Assembly: GCA_050298595.1 (NCBI GenBank)
Contig: JBNKUM010000008.1
Location: forward strand, 139,017-203,016
Direction: 5' to 3'
Origin: Gammaproteobacteria bacterium
GTDB lineage: Bacteria > Pseudomonadota > Gammaproteobacteria > GCA-001735895
Length of the DNA: 64,000 nt
The notes under the pieces were generated by a model, which did no database searches, was not told where the DNA came from, and worked only from the letters and a program-made list of their open reading frames with translations. The translations under genes and the position numbers were made by a program. The stretch's first letter is position 1, and each line of letters begins with the position of its first letter. Positions 12,109-21,256 of the stretch are shown piece after piece.

Positions 12109-13659
12109 CTATCCGGCTTTTTTAGTCAAAGCCTTTTTGCATCTTCTGACTGCCTGCAACATCTGGTTTGCATCGGCATAGCGTTGATAAGGCTTTTTGG
12201 ATAATGCTTTTTGCAGTATTTGCTTGATGGAATCAGGCACGGTAAGAATACTGAGATCTACCTTCTGGGTGAGTACATTTTTTTTCATCTCAGACAACTT
12301 TTCACCATAAAAGGGTTGATTGCCGGTTAATAGGTGATAAATAGTTACCGCCAGCGAAAAAAGATCTGACCGACCATCAATTCTTAATCCATTCAACTGC
12401 TCGGGGGACATATAGGCGGGGGTTCCTATGATCTTTCTCTCTTCATCTTTATGTCGAAAATCGCTATAAGCAGCACCAAAATCAGTAAGTATGTAATGTT
12501 TGAGTTTATTGTCATACATGATATTGGCTGGTTTTATATCACCATGCACAATGTTTTTTTCATGCGCTGCAGTGAGCGCATCGAGCACTGATTCCATTAT
12601 GCGCAAACTCTCCCCCGAGGTAATAAATTTTTTACGCCGCAACCTTTCCGACATGGGATAACCTTCGACATAGTCCATTGCAATAAAAGCTCGGTCATCG
12701 ATGATATCGGCATCGTGAATCTTGACTATATTCGGATGATCAAGTTGAGACGCAGTCAGCGCCTCATGCAAAAAAGTCATCACATCACGCGCACCAGTAT
12801 CATCATTTAACTTATCGTTAAGAATTTTGAGTGCTATTCGTTTATGGGTATGTAAATCGTGAGCGTCATACACAGTTGCGGTCGCTCCTCGAGCCTTTTT
12901 ACCCAGTAATTGATACTGGCCGAACTGTTTCGTTTTGGTTGTATCGGAGCTGTCAGTCTGGCTTACACTTTTCTCCTGTTCCATTGAATCAATTCTTTCT
13001 ACAAAGTCCTGCATCCCCGGATCAAACTTGACCAGCCAGGCATAGAGACTGCGCGCTGTCACCCAGTCCTGCTGCTCCTCTAGCTGCATACCCAGATCGT
13101 AAGCCAGCTCGAACATTTCATCTGAAAACGGGCAGTTTTTTAAGATTAACAACGCCGTCTTGAAATCCTTTTGCTGTATATACTGATTAATCACTTTCAC
13201 CTGACATACCTGTTCGGGTAATACGAAATTTTTAATCTGTGGAAAACGAACCCACACAAAAAGCACCACCACGGTCAAGCTGAACATGATTACCGACCAA
13301 ACCATAGGCAACCAGATCTGCTGTAACACCGCCAGCAATACTTCGAGCATCAACATAGCAGAAATGATCGGAATTACAAAGATCAGGGTCAGATGTTTAC
13401 AACTGCGCAGCAACAAGCACAGGAATACTGCGCCGAACATGAGGCATATCACTAGCCGCTGTAAAAACCAGGGATACCCCTGCTCAGTGACTGACACTTC
13501 CAGATTGAACCTGGGTGTTAAATCTATTAACTGTTGATAAAAAGCGCTTTCCAGACCGATAATAGCAGCATGAAAACTCAGTAAAATACTGAGTAACAAC
13601 ATACATCCTGTATAAATGAGCATCCATTTGCGTGTTTGAACATCAATCCACATGCCCAT
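12109..13659 (-). CDS. membrane-anchored Hanks-type Ser/Thr protein kinase: N-terminal TM region of about 4-5 helices, a helical linker and a C-terminal kinase domain
   Basis: Gly-rich loop LGKKARGATATVY, beta3 lysine in IALKIL, catalytic loop HGDIKPAN (non-RD), DFG in TDFGAA and SPEQ for APE. The first 150 aa or so are strongly hydrophobic. Confidence 0.75.
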   Translation of the reverse strand: MGMWIDVQTRKWMLIYTGCMLLLSILLSFHAAIIGLESAFYQQLIDLTPRFNLEVSVTEQGYPWFLQRLVICLMFGAVFLCLLLRSCKHLTLIFVIPIISAMLMLEVLLAVLQQIWLPMVWSVIMFSLTVVVLFVWVRFPQIKNFVLPEQVCQVKVINQYIQQKDFKTALLILKNCPFSDEMFELAYDLGMQLEEQQDWVTARSLYAWLVKFDPGMQDFVERIDSMEQEKSVSQTDSSDTTKTKQFGQYQLLGKKARGATATVYDAHDLHTHKRIALKILNDKLNDDTGARDVMTFLHEALTASQLDHPNIVKIHDADIIDDRAFIAMDYVEGYPMSERLRRKKFITSGESLRIMESVLDALTAAHEKNIVHGDIKPANIMYDNKLKHYILTDFGAAYSDFRHKDEERKIIGTPAYMSPEQLNGLRIDGRSDLFSLAVTIYHLLTGNQPFYGEKLSEMKKNVLTQKVDLSILTVPDSIKQILQKALSKKPYQRYADANQMLQAVRRCKKALTKKAG

Positions 13660-13686
13660 TCAATCGGTTTGTGTCATTTAATATTT

Positions 13687-16600
13687 CTAAGCATCATAGT
13701 TAAGAACTGGCGCTAACCAACGCTCCGTGACTGACTGCCCCATACCTTTACGCTCGGCATAATCCAGTAACTGATCTTTTTCGATTTTACCCACAGCAAA
13801 GTAATTTGCCTGCGGGTGAGCAAAGTAAAACCCTGATACCGATGCCATCGGCAGCATGGCATAAGACTCGGTGATGGTGATACCAATATTTTGATCTGGC
13901 TGAATTAACTCCCATAGCAAGGCCTTCTCAGTGTGATCTGGACAGGCTGGATAACCCGGTGCTGGACGTATGCCCTGATACGATTCCCTGATCAGCTCAC
14001 TGTTTTGCAGATTTTCATCGTTGGCATAACCCCAGGCCTGCTTGCGTATCTTTTCATGCAGCCATTCGGCAGCCGCTTCGGCAAGACGATCAGCCAGCGC
14101 TTTTGCCATGATAGCATTGTAATCATCGTGCTGAGCTTCAAATTGCTCTACGATTTTTTCCAGACCGATGCCTGCAGTAACTGCAAAAGCCCCCAGGTAA
14201 TCCGGTAATCCAGTAGACTCGGGGGCAATAAAATCTGACAAACACTGGTTTGCTTTACCAGGAGGCTTCTGGTTTTGCTGACGCAGATGATGCAGCACCA
14301 TTAACTCTTCACTACGCTGCTCGGACTGATAAAGCACAATATCATCATCTCTGCTATTCGCAGGGAAAAATCCATACACAGCTTTGGCGCCCAGCTGTCC
14401 CTGATCGACAATACTCGATAATTGAACCTGCGCATCTTCAAATAATTGCTGAGCTTCTTTGCCAACAATCTCATCCTGCAAAATTTTCGGATAGCTACCC
14501 GCCAGCTCCCAGGCATGGAAAAAAGGCGTCCAGTCAATATACTCAACCAGTTCATGCAGATCTATTTCATCAATCACTGACACCCCTGTTGAAGCAGGCT
14601 TTGGTGGCTGGTAACCACTCCAGTCTATAGGCGTACGATTTTCACGTGCCTGTGCCAGGGTGAGGAATTTCTTATTAGATTGCCTGCCGGCATGCAGTTC
14701 GCGCACCTGTACATATTCATCACGAATACCTTTTCTAAAATCATCACCCTGATTATCACTCAGCAGCGCTGATGCCACACCGACCGCACGCGATGCATCT
14801 TTTACATACACCACGCTATCGGCATCATAATGCGGTTCAATCTTCACCGCCGTATGAACTCGGGAGGTAGTCGCCCCCCCTATCATCAGAGGAATACTAA
14901 AACCTTGACGTTTCATCTCTTTAGCAACATGCACCATCTCATCCAGCGACGGAGTGATCAGGCCTGAAAGCCCTATGATATCGACGTTTTGTTCGCGCGC
15001 AGTTTTTAAGATGGTTTCTGCAGGCACCATGACACCAAGATCGATAATTTCATAATTGTTACACTGCAGTACAACGCCGACGATATTCTTACCGATATCG
15101 TGCACATCGCCTTTAACCGTCGCCATCAGTATCTTGCCATTGGTAGACAGATCATCACTGCTTTTCTCAGCTTCCAGATAAGGCATCAAATACGCCACTG
15201 CCTGCTTCATGACACGCGCAGATTTAACCACCTGAGGCAGGAACATCTTACCATCGCCAAATAGATCACCCACTACATTCATACCATCCATCAAAGGACC
15301 TTCAATCACATTCAATGAAGCAGGATAATGCTGACGTGCCTCTTCCGTATCAACCTCGATAAATTCGGTTATACCCTTAACCAGTGCATGCTCCAGACGT
15401 TTGTTGATATCCAGACTACGCCACGCCTGATCTTCCTTGTTTTCCAGCGCCTTGCCATCACCCCGGTATTTTTCGGCAATATCCAGCAATGCCTCAGTCG
15501 CTTCGGGATTGCGGTTAAGCACGACATCCTCTACCCGTTGCTTTAATTCTTCGGGTATATCGGAATAGATGGCCAGCTGACCGGCATTGACTATACCCAT
15601 ATCCATACCCTGCTGAATCGCATGATATAAAAACACCGCATGGATCGCTTCGCGAACCGGGTTATTGCCTCTGAAGGAGAATGAGACATTTGATAACCCC
15701 CCACTGACCAGGGCATGGGGCAGGTTCTGCTTAATGAATTTTGTGGCCTCAAAAAAATCGACGGCGTAGTTATTGTGCTCATCTATGCCCGTTGCAATCG
15801 CAAAGATATTGGGGTCGAAAATAATATCTTCAGGAGGAAAACCTAACTGTTCGGTTAATATCTGATAGGCGCGTTGGCAGATTTCAATCTTACGTGCCGC
15901 CGTATCAGCCTGCCCATGTTCGTCGAAAGCCATAACGATAGCCGCTGCACCATAACGTCGAACCAGACGCGCCTGCTGGATAAACTTCTCTTCACCCTCC
16001 TTAAGACTGATCGAATTCACTACACCCTTGCCCTGGATGCATTGCAACCCGGCTTCGATGATGTCCCATTTGGATGAATCCAGCATGATCGGAACACGAG
16101 AAATATCAGGTTCACTGGCGATCAGATTCAGAAAGCGCACCATCGCCTCTTTCGACTCCAGCAGACCTTCATCCATATTGATATCGATAATCTGCGCGCC
16201 GTTTTCTACCTGTTGCCTGGCTACATCCAGTGCAGTTTCGTAATCGCCTTCCATGATCAGGCGTTTAAACATGGCAGAGCCAGTAACGTTAGTTCGTTCG
16301 CCAACATTCACAAACAGACTGTCGGCGGAAATGGTACAGGGCTCTAATCCAGCCAACTGACAACTGACAGGTAACTCAGGAATTTTACGTGGCGCGAGGC
16401 CTGAGACCTTTTGCACTATAGCCCTGATATGATCGGGGCTGGTACCACAGCATCCACCCACAATATTCAGAAATCCATTCTCCGCCCATTCGACGATTTC
16501 ACCCGCAACATCTTCAGGAGTTTCATCGTATTCACCGAATTCATTGGGCAACCCGGCATTGGGGTGAGCTGACACATGCGTATCCGCAATATTCGACAAG

Positions 16601-17382
16601 GTTTCTACATATTGGCGTAATTCCTTCGGCCCTAGCGCGCAGTTAAGCCCGATAGATACAGGCTCTGCATGGCGCAGGCTATTGTAAAAGGCTTCGGTGG
16701 TTTGCCCGGACAGGGTGCGACCGGATGCATCAGTAATCGTGCCCGAGATCATGATAGGCAGTTCTTTCTCGCGCTGATCAAATACCTGTTTAACAGCAAA
16801 AATTGCGGCCTTGGCATTCAAGGTGTCGAAGATGGTTTCGATCAGGATGATATCGGACCCACCATCGATCAAACCTTCAGTTGCTTCGCTGTATATCTCT
16901 ACCAACTCATTAAAGCTGGTATTGCGATAACCGGGATCATTCACATCAGGTGATAAAGAAGCTGTACGACTGGTTGGCCCCAGTACACCGGCTACAAAAC
17001 GGGGCTTAGCTGGGTTCTGCCGGGTAAAGTCATCGCAGATTGCTCGCGCAATCTCACTGGATGTTTTATTGATTTCGTATGCCAGATCCTGCATCGAATA
17101 ATCCGACATGGAAATTCGGTTGGCATTGAAGGTATTGGTTTCGATGATATCCGCACCAGCTTGCAGATAGGCTTTATGGATATCACTGATAATCTGTGGC
17201 TGAGTCAACGACAAAAGGTCATTATTGCCCTTGAGCGGGCTTTCCCAGTCAGCAAAACGTTGTCCTCGATAATCTGACTCTTCCAGCTCATAAGATTGAA
17301 TCATGGTGCCCATAGCACCATCGAGAAATAAGATTCGCTGCTTCAGGGCATCTAGAAAAACTTGCGGGTCAGAGGAACTCAC
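13687..17382 (-). CDS. metH: cobalamin-dependent methionine synthase
   Basis: 1231-aa ORF with Hcy-binding, pterin-binding, B12-binding ([11 protein letters not shown]) and AdoMet reactivation domains in canonical order. Confidence 0.95.
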   Translation of the reverse strand: MSSSDPQVFLDALKQRILFLDGAMGTMIQSYELEESDYRGQRFADWESPLKGNNDLLSLTQPQIISDIHKAYLQAGADIIETNTFNANRISMSDYSMQDLAYEINKTSSEIARAICDDFTRQNPAKPRFVAGVLGPTSRTASLSPDVNDPGYRNTSFNELVEIYSEATEGLIDGGSDIILIETIFDTLNAKAAIFAVKQVFDQREKELPIMISGTITDASGRTLSGQTTEAFYNSLRHAEPVSIGLNCALGPKELRQYVETLSNIADTHVSAHPNAGLPNEFGEYDETPEDVAGEIVEWAENGFLNIVGGCCGTSPDHIRAIVQKVSGLAPRKIPELPVSCQLAGLEPCTISADSLFVNVGERTNVTGSAMFKRLIMEGDYETALDVARQQVENGAQIIDINMDEGLLESKEAMVRFLNLIASEPDISRVPIMLDSSKWDIIEAGLQCIQGKGVVNSISLKEGEEKFIQQARLVRRYGAAAIVMAFDEHGQADTAARKIEICQRAYQILTEQLGFPPEDIIFDPNIFAIATGIDEHNNYAVDFFEATKFIKQNLPHALVSGGLSNVSFSFRGNNPVREAIHAVFLYHAIQQGMDMGIVNAGQLAIYSDIPEELKQRVEDVVLNRNPEATEALLDIAEKYRGDGKALENKEDQAWRSLDINKRLEHALVKGITEFIEVDTEEARQHYPASLNVIEGPLMDGMNVVGDLFGDGKMFLPQVVKSARVMKQAVAYLMPYLEAEKSSDDLSTNGKILMATVKGDVHDIGKNIVGVVLQCNNYEIIDLGVMVPAETILKTAREQNVDIIGLSGLITPSLDEMVHVAKEMKRQGFSIPLMIGGATTSRVHTAVKIEPHYDADSVVYVKDASRAVGVASALLSDNQGDDFRKGIRDEYVQVRELHAGRQSNKKFLTLAQARENRTPIDWSGYQPPKPASTGVSVIDEIDLHELVEYIDWTPFFHAWELAGSYPKILQDEIVGKEAQQLFEDAQVQLSSIVDQGQLGAKAVYGFFPANSRDDDIVLYQSEQRSEELMVLHHLRQQNQKPPGKANQCLSDFIAPESTGLPDYLGAFAVTAGIGLEKIVEQFEAQHDDYNAIMAKALADRLAEAAAEWLHEKIRKQAWGYANDENLQNSELIRESYQGIRPAPGYPACPDHTEKALLWELIQPDQNIGITITESYAMLPMASVSGFYFAHPQANYFAVGKIEKDQLLDYAERKGMGQSVTERWLAPVLNYDA

Positions 17383-17489
17383 TTAAATTACCAGTTTAAA
17401 ATGGACGCACATTCTACACAATGAAGCGTTAACTCCCAATCACTGTCTGCTAAACTTGACCACTAATATTTTTTATCCGAAGAAAAGCC

Positions 17490-18047
17490 ATGGGAAATCG
17501 ACTTAGCTCTATAATTACACGAACGGGTGATGACGGCAGCACAATGCTGGGGGATGGCAGCCGATTGTTAAAAAACGATATTCGCATTCAATGTCTGGGT
17601 GAAACTGATGAATTGAATTCATTATTGGGCTTATTGAGAAGCCTGATCGATGACGTCGACATTTCTCAGATACTATTCCAGATTCAACATGATTTATTTG
17701 ATATCGGTGCCGAGCTTAGCCAGCCAGCAAAGTCGTTGATTACTCAGGAATACGTTGAGTTCCTGGATCATAAAGCACAGTCTTATAATGAAAAACTACC
17801 AGCTCTTAAAGAGTTCATTTTGCCAGGAGGCAGCAGCGCTATTGCCTACCTACACCTCGCCAGAACACTATGTCGCCGTGCTGAACGTAGCCTGGTCACT
17901 CTAGATCAACAGCAGGCTGTTAATCCGCAAAGCCTGCATTATATGAACAGGCTTTCCGATTTATTGTTTATCCTGGCGAGATATTGCGCGCTTCAGGATG
18001 GGCAGGAAGAAATCTACTGGCAGTCCAAATTTTCCAGACAGAGTTGA
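17490..18047 (+). CDS. PduO-type ATP:cob(I)alamin adenosyltransferase
   Basis: 185-aa ORF with the N-terminal signature TRTGDDGST of the PduO/MMAB family. It is divergent from metH. Confidence 0.8.
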   Translation: MGNRLSSIITRTGDDGSTMLGDGSRLLKNDIRIQCLGETDELNSLLGLLRSLIDDVDISQILFQIQHDLFDIGAELSQPAKSLITQEYVEFLDHKAQSYNEKLPALKEFILPGGSSAIAYLHLARTLCRRAERSLVTLDQQQAVNPQSLHYMNRLSDLLFILARYCALQDGQEEIYWQSKFSRQS

Positions 18048-18079
18048 TTGCAGCAATAACCAGCTTTGCAGAATATAGC

Positions 18080-18517
18080 TTAACCGTGGCTTCGTTGATA
18101 CTGCCCCATCATCCAGCCAAGAAACGCTGTCAGGGTTTGCTTCTGCTTACGGTCACAGTCTTTTTGCATCGCTTCAAGCCGGCTTCGGGTTTCCATTAAT
18201 AAGCTTTCGTATTCACGAACCTTTTGCTGAGACTCCTGTAATTTCATCTGAAGTCTATTCACCTGATCGGCCATCACTCTTTCAGAAGGAATAGAATCAG
18301 CCTGAATCTTGAAAATAGCATTGTGCTGAATGCGCTCTACACGATCCAGTTCCTTTTCATTTTCAAGCCTGACCTGTGGATAGAACTTGAGCAGTGAATT
18401 TACACTCACATCACCTTCAAAAACTTCAAGATTACCCGCTTTGATTTCCTGCTGGATCTGCCTTCTGCTGATGCCGGCCATTTTGGCTGCGGTCGAAATG
18501 TTTAAATGGTGTTGCAT
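18080..18517 (-). CDS. hypothetical protein: N-terminal MerR/excisionase-like HTH followed by a long coiled coil
   Basis: 145-aa ORF. The N-terminal motif AAKMAGISRRQIQQEIKAGNL resembles an HTH_17/MerR helix-turn-helix. The remainder is heptad-rich and charged. Confidence 0.5.
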   Translation of the reverse strand: MQHHLNISTAAKMAGISRRQIQQEIKAGNLEVFEGDVSVNSLLKFYPQVRLENEKELDRVERIQHNAIFKIQADSIPSERVMADQVNRLQMKLQESQQKVREYESLLMETRSRLEAMQKDCDRKQKQTLTAFLGWMMGQYQRSHG

Positions 18518-18603
18518 GATGTCCTCTTGGTTGTTTACAAGAAAACTTATACCTAATTCGGACAGGCATTACAATAGAAATATATCACTAATGGGATATA
18601 CGG

Positions 18604-19008
18604 TTAGACCGATGAGCCAGAGGTATGCCAGGCAAAAGAGCAATCTAGTTGTGAACGTACCTGTATAAGTCCGGCCAGCCCCTTATTGATCATGACACTG
18701 ATAGGAGGTTCGTTATTGAATCTTTTATGCGGCTGCTTCATCCATCTTGCACACATTTCTACATTGCGAGGATAAGAGGTTCTCAGGGCATCAGCTATAC
18801 CCAGAAGATGTTCCAGGTGTTGATTAATCAGCTCGGTATCCGGTAAAGGCTCATCCTGACGATAGCGTTCCAGCTTGCGGGTACGCATGTCTTCGGGCAA
18901 ACCAAGCAGGATGATTTTCTGCTCACCATTGGTACCCCAGCTATCGAGCAGCTGCATGATGTGATTGCTTAATAAGACACGCTGATCTTTGCTGCCGGTT
19001 AATCTCAT
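18604..19008 (-). CDS. DUF2384-like protein (ParS/MbcA/Xre-type antitoxin toxin-binding domain), apparently orphan
   Basis: 134-aa ORF. The C-terminal half (HLLGIADALRTSYPRNVEMCARWMKQP...PPISVMINKGLAGLIQVRSQLD) follows the DUF2384 pattern, A-x-x-W-L/M-x-x-P ... P-hydrophobic ... G ... V ... L. This is a by-eye match only. Confidence 0.4.
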   Translation of the reverse strand: MRLTGSKDQRVLLSNHIMQLLDSWGTNGEQKIILLGLPEDMRTRKLERYRQDEPLPDTELINQHLEHLLGIADALRTSYPRNVEMCARWMKQPHKRFNNEPPISVMINKGLAGLIQVRSQLDCSFAWHTSGSSV

Positions 19009-19085
19009 GCCACCCCCGGGGAAGTAATAATTGATGGCTTAGTATAGATTCAGCTTAGCTGCGAATACCCAGCTTAAAGATAAGG

Positions 19086-19412
19086 TTAATCATCTTCCAG
19101 ATTAAAATATCCGCGTTGTAATGCGTGTTTGAGCTGATCGAAGCCTTCGATTGCCTCCAGATAGGCATTGCGCCATTTTTTTGCTTCTTCGCAGAGTTGA
19201 ATATCAAGATTCGATTCATCAGCATGCGCCATCTGCAGCACATACTTCAGATATCTTGCACGTAAAACAGCTATGGATTGCGCCAAATGCAGAAAATCTG
19301 ACTTCTTGATGTTACCAGCAATTTTAGTAATTGTACTTGAATTCATTAACGAGATTTGATGCTCAAATTGTTGCATCAAACGACGTATCTCTGTTTCATT
19401 TTCGCCAGCCAT
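19086..19412 (-). CDS. hypothetical all-helical protein
   Basis: 108-aa ORF with no family recognised. Its start context and codon usage look gene-like. Confidence 0.4.
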   Translation of the reverse strand: MAGENETEIRRLMQQFEHQISLMNSSTITKIAGNIKKSDFLHLAQSIAVLRARYLKYVLQMAHADESNLDIQLCEEAKKWRNAYLEAIEGFDQLKHALQRGYFNLEDD

Positions 19413-19497
19413 TAGGTTCCCCCTGATCCATCCTTTAACTTAAGATAGTTATAGACAAGAAATATACAGTTGTCAGCGATCAGATGAAACAATTTTA

Positions 19498-20406
19498 TCA
19501 ACGATATAAAGTCACACTGACCCGCCGGTTAAGTGCCCTGGATTGATCATCCTTCCCTTTTACCAGGGGCTGGTTTTCGCCATAAAATTCTACATGTAGC
19601 ATTCGTGGATCAATATCACTCTGCACCAGATAATCATAAACGTACCAGGCACGCCGCGCTGAGAGCGAATCGTTGTAGCATTGGCTTCCTTTAAAATCTG
19701 CATGCCCAGTTATCTTCACTGTTTTAACTGTAGGATCCACTTTTAGATAAGCCAGTATTTTCGAAAGCGCCCTTTCCTCTTCTTCCTCCAGCGGAAATTC
19801 ATCGTCAAACTCAAAATGTACTAGAGCGCGCTTTATATCTTCGAAATTATAGGGGTGTAGCTGACTTATACATTCTCCAAAATCAGCCTCAACATCACGA
19901 AACCTCACGGTAGAGAGAATAACCGAAACCGAGTTGAAACCATCTTCATCATCAATAAAAAACAGACTGGGCTGCTTTCCTTGCTGCAGCTCAAAATAGG
20001 CATATCGCGCCGTACTGGAGTTAATATCAACTACTGGATCGCTTAATCCAGATGTTTTAAGGTCAGCCAGGGTTGACTGAGTCTGTATGCCTTTCCAGTT
20101 AGCGGTTACTGATTGAAAAGCGACAGCCATATCTTTTTTATAGTTATGCTTCGATACAAACTTCAATTTCAGCGGGCGCCCACTCTCCTGATAGAACAGC
20201 GCTTTACCAAAGCGTGGGATGATATGCTCTATCTCACAACGCGTAGGGGTATTTACCGATAGCGTCCATCGTGACTTTTCCATAGGAGACATATAGATAC
20301 GGTCGGGAGCCGCCTGTACAGCGGGACCCCACATAACTATCAGGCAAATAAGAATCAAATAGCGCATAACGGGCAAAATTGAAGACATACCTCCTGTATC
20401 GTTCAA
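19498..20406 (-). CDS. OmpA-family peptidoglycan-associated protein with signal peptide
   Basis: 302-aa ORF with an N-terminal signal peptide. The C-terminal OmpA-like domain carries ITGHAD...NDSLSARRAWYVYDYL...NRRVSVTL. Confidence 0.75.
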   Translation of the reverse strand: MNDTGGMSSILPVMRYLILICLIVMWGPAVQAAPDRIYMSPMEKSRWTLSVNTPTRCEIEHIIPRFGKALFYQESGRPLKLKFVSKHNYKKDMAVAFQSVTANWKGIQTQSTLADLKTSGLSDPVVDINSSTARYAYFELQQGKQPSLFFIDDEDGFNSVSVILSTVRFRDVEADFGECISQLHPYNFEDIKRALVHFEFDDEFPLEEEEERALSKILAYLKVDPTVKTVKITGHADFKGSQCYNDSLSARRAWYVYDYLVQSDIDPRMLHVEFYGENQPLVKGKDDQSRALNRRVSVTLYR

Positions 20407-20426
20407 AACAGCAAAAGCTTGAGCAA

Positions 20427-21206
20427 TTATTTGTTTTCGGTTAGAAAATCATTGGCCTCATCATAAAACATTTGTGGCTGCTCAGCATGTAGCCAGTGAC
20501 CCGCATTTTCAATACATCTAAATGAGGCCCGACTAAAATGGTTTGGAATCAGTTCTCTGACTTCAGTATTCAGGTAATTAGACTGGCCGCCGTAGATAAA
20601 CAGTGTGGGCGTTTCGATATACCAGTCGCTGATATCATCAAAACCGATAATTTGGGAGATATTGTCTTTTAGCGCCTTCCAGTTGAGTTTCCATTTCAAT
20701 CCATTTTCAGCAACCACCAGATTCTGCAGCAGGAACATGCGAATTCTGGAATCAGGAATACTATCAGTTAATTCAGTATCAGCCTGCTTTCGATTTCTAA
20801 GCGATGCCAGATCCAGACTCAATACTGCGTCAATTAAGTCATTATAATCATGTCGATAAGTCACGGGGCCAATATCAGCTACCACGAGCTGGTTAATCCT
20901 GGCTGGTTCGAGCTGGCCAAGCTTCATCGCAACCTTACCCCCCATGCTATGCCCGATTACCGACGTATGAGATATCTGTAACTGATCCAGCAACTGGATC
21001 ACATCCTGCCCCATAACCTGATAATTCATCTCATCCAGATGAGGAGAGTCGCCGTGATTTCTTAAATCAACACTGATCACAGTAAAGTTACTGGCAAATT
21101 GCTGACTTAGAGTTCGCCAGTTACGCGATGAACCGAACAAACCATGAATAATTAGCAAAGGAGGCCCTTCGCCCATCAATGTATAATTTAAAATTGCGAT
21201 GCTCAT
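20427..21206 (-). CDS. ybfF: alpha/beta hydrolase, YbfF-like esterase
   Basis: 259-aa ORF with LLIIHGLFGS and the nucleophile elbow GHSMGG. The C-terminus carries HWLHAEQP and the sequence is collinear with E. coli YbfF. Confidence 0.75.
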   Translation of the reverse strand: MSIAILNYTLMGEGPPLLIIHGLFGSSRNWRTLSQQFASNFTVISVDLRNHGDSPHLDEMNYQVMGQDVIQLLDQLQISHTSVIGHSMGGKVAMKLGQLEPARINQLVVADIGPVTYRHDYNDLIDAVLSLDLASLRNRKQADTELTDSIPDSRIRMFLLQNLVVAENGLKWKLNWKALKDNISQIIGFDDISDWYIETPTLFIYGGQSNYLNTEVRELIPNHFSRASFRCIENAGHWLHAEQPQMFYDEANDFLTENK

Positions 21207-21256
21207 AGATGAATACGTTATAATTTTTGACTCTCGATTCCTACAAAGAATAAATC

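Noticed and set aside
17383-17489. Cobalamin riboswitch upstream of metH
   Set aside because: The 107-bp divergent intergenic region is too short and lacks any B12-box-like conserved core.
18080-18517. Possible RES-domain toxin partner of the DUF2384-like gene
   Set aside because: The sequence is an HTH followed by a heptad-rich coiled coil. It has no mixed alpha/beta pattern and no R...E...S triad context.
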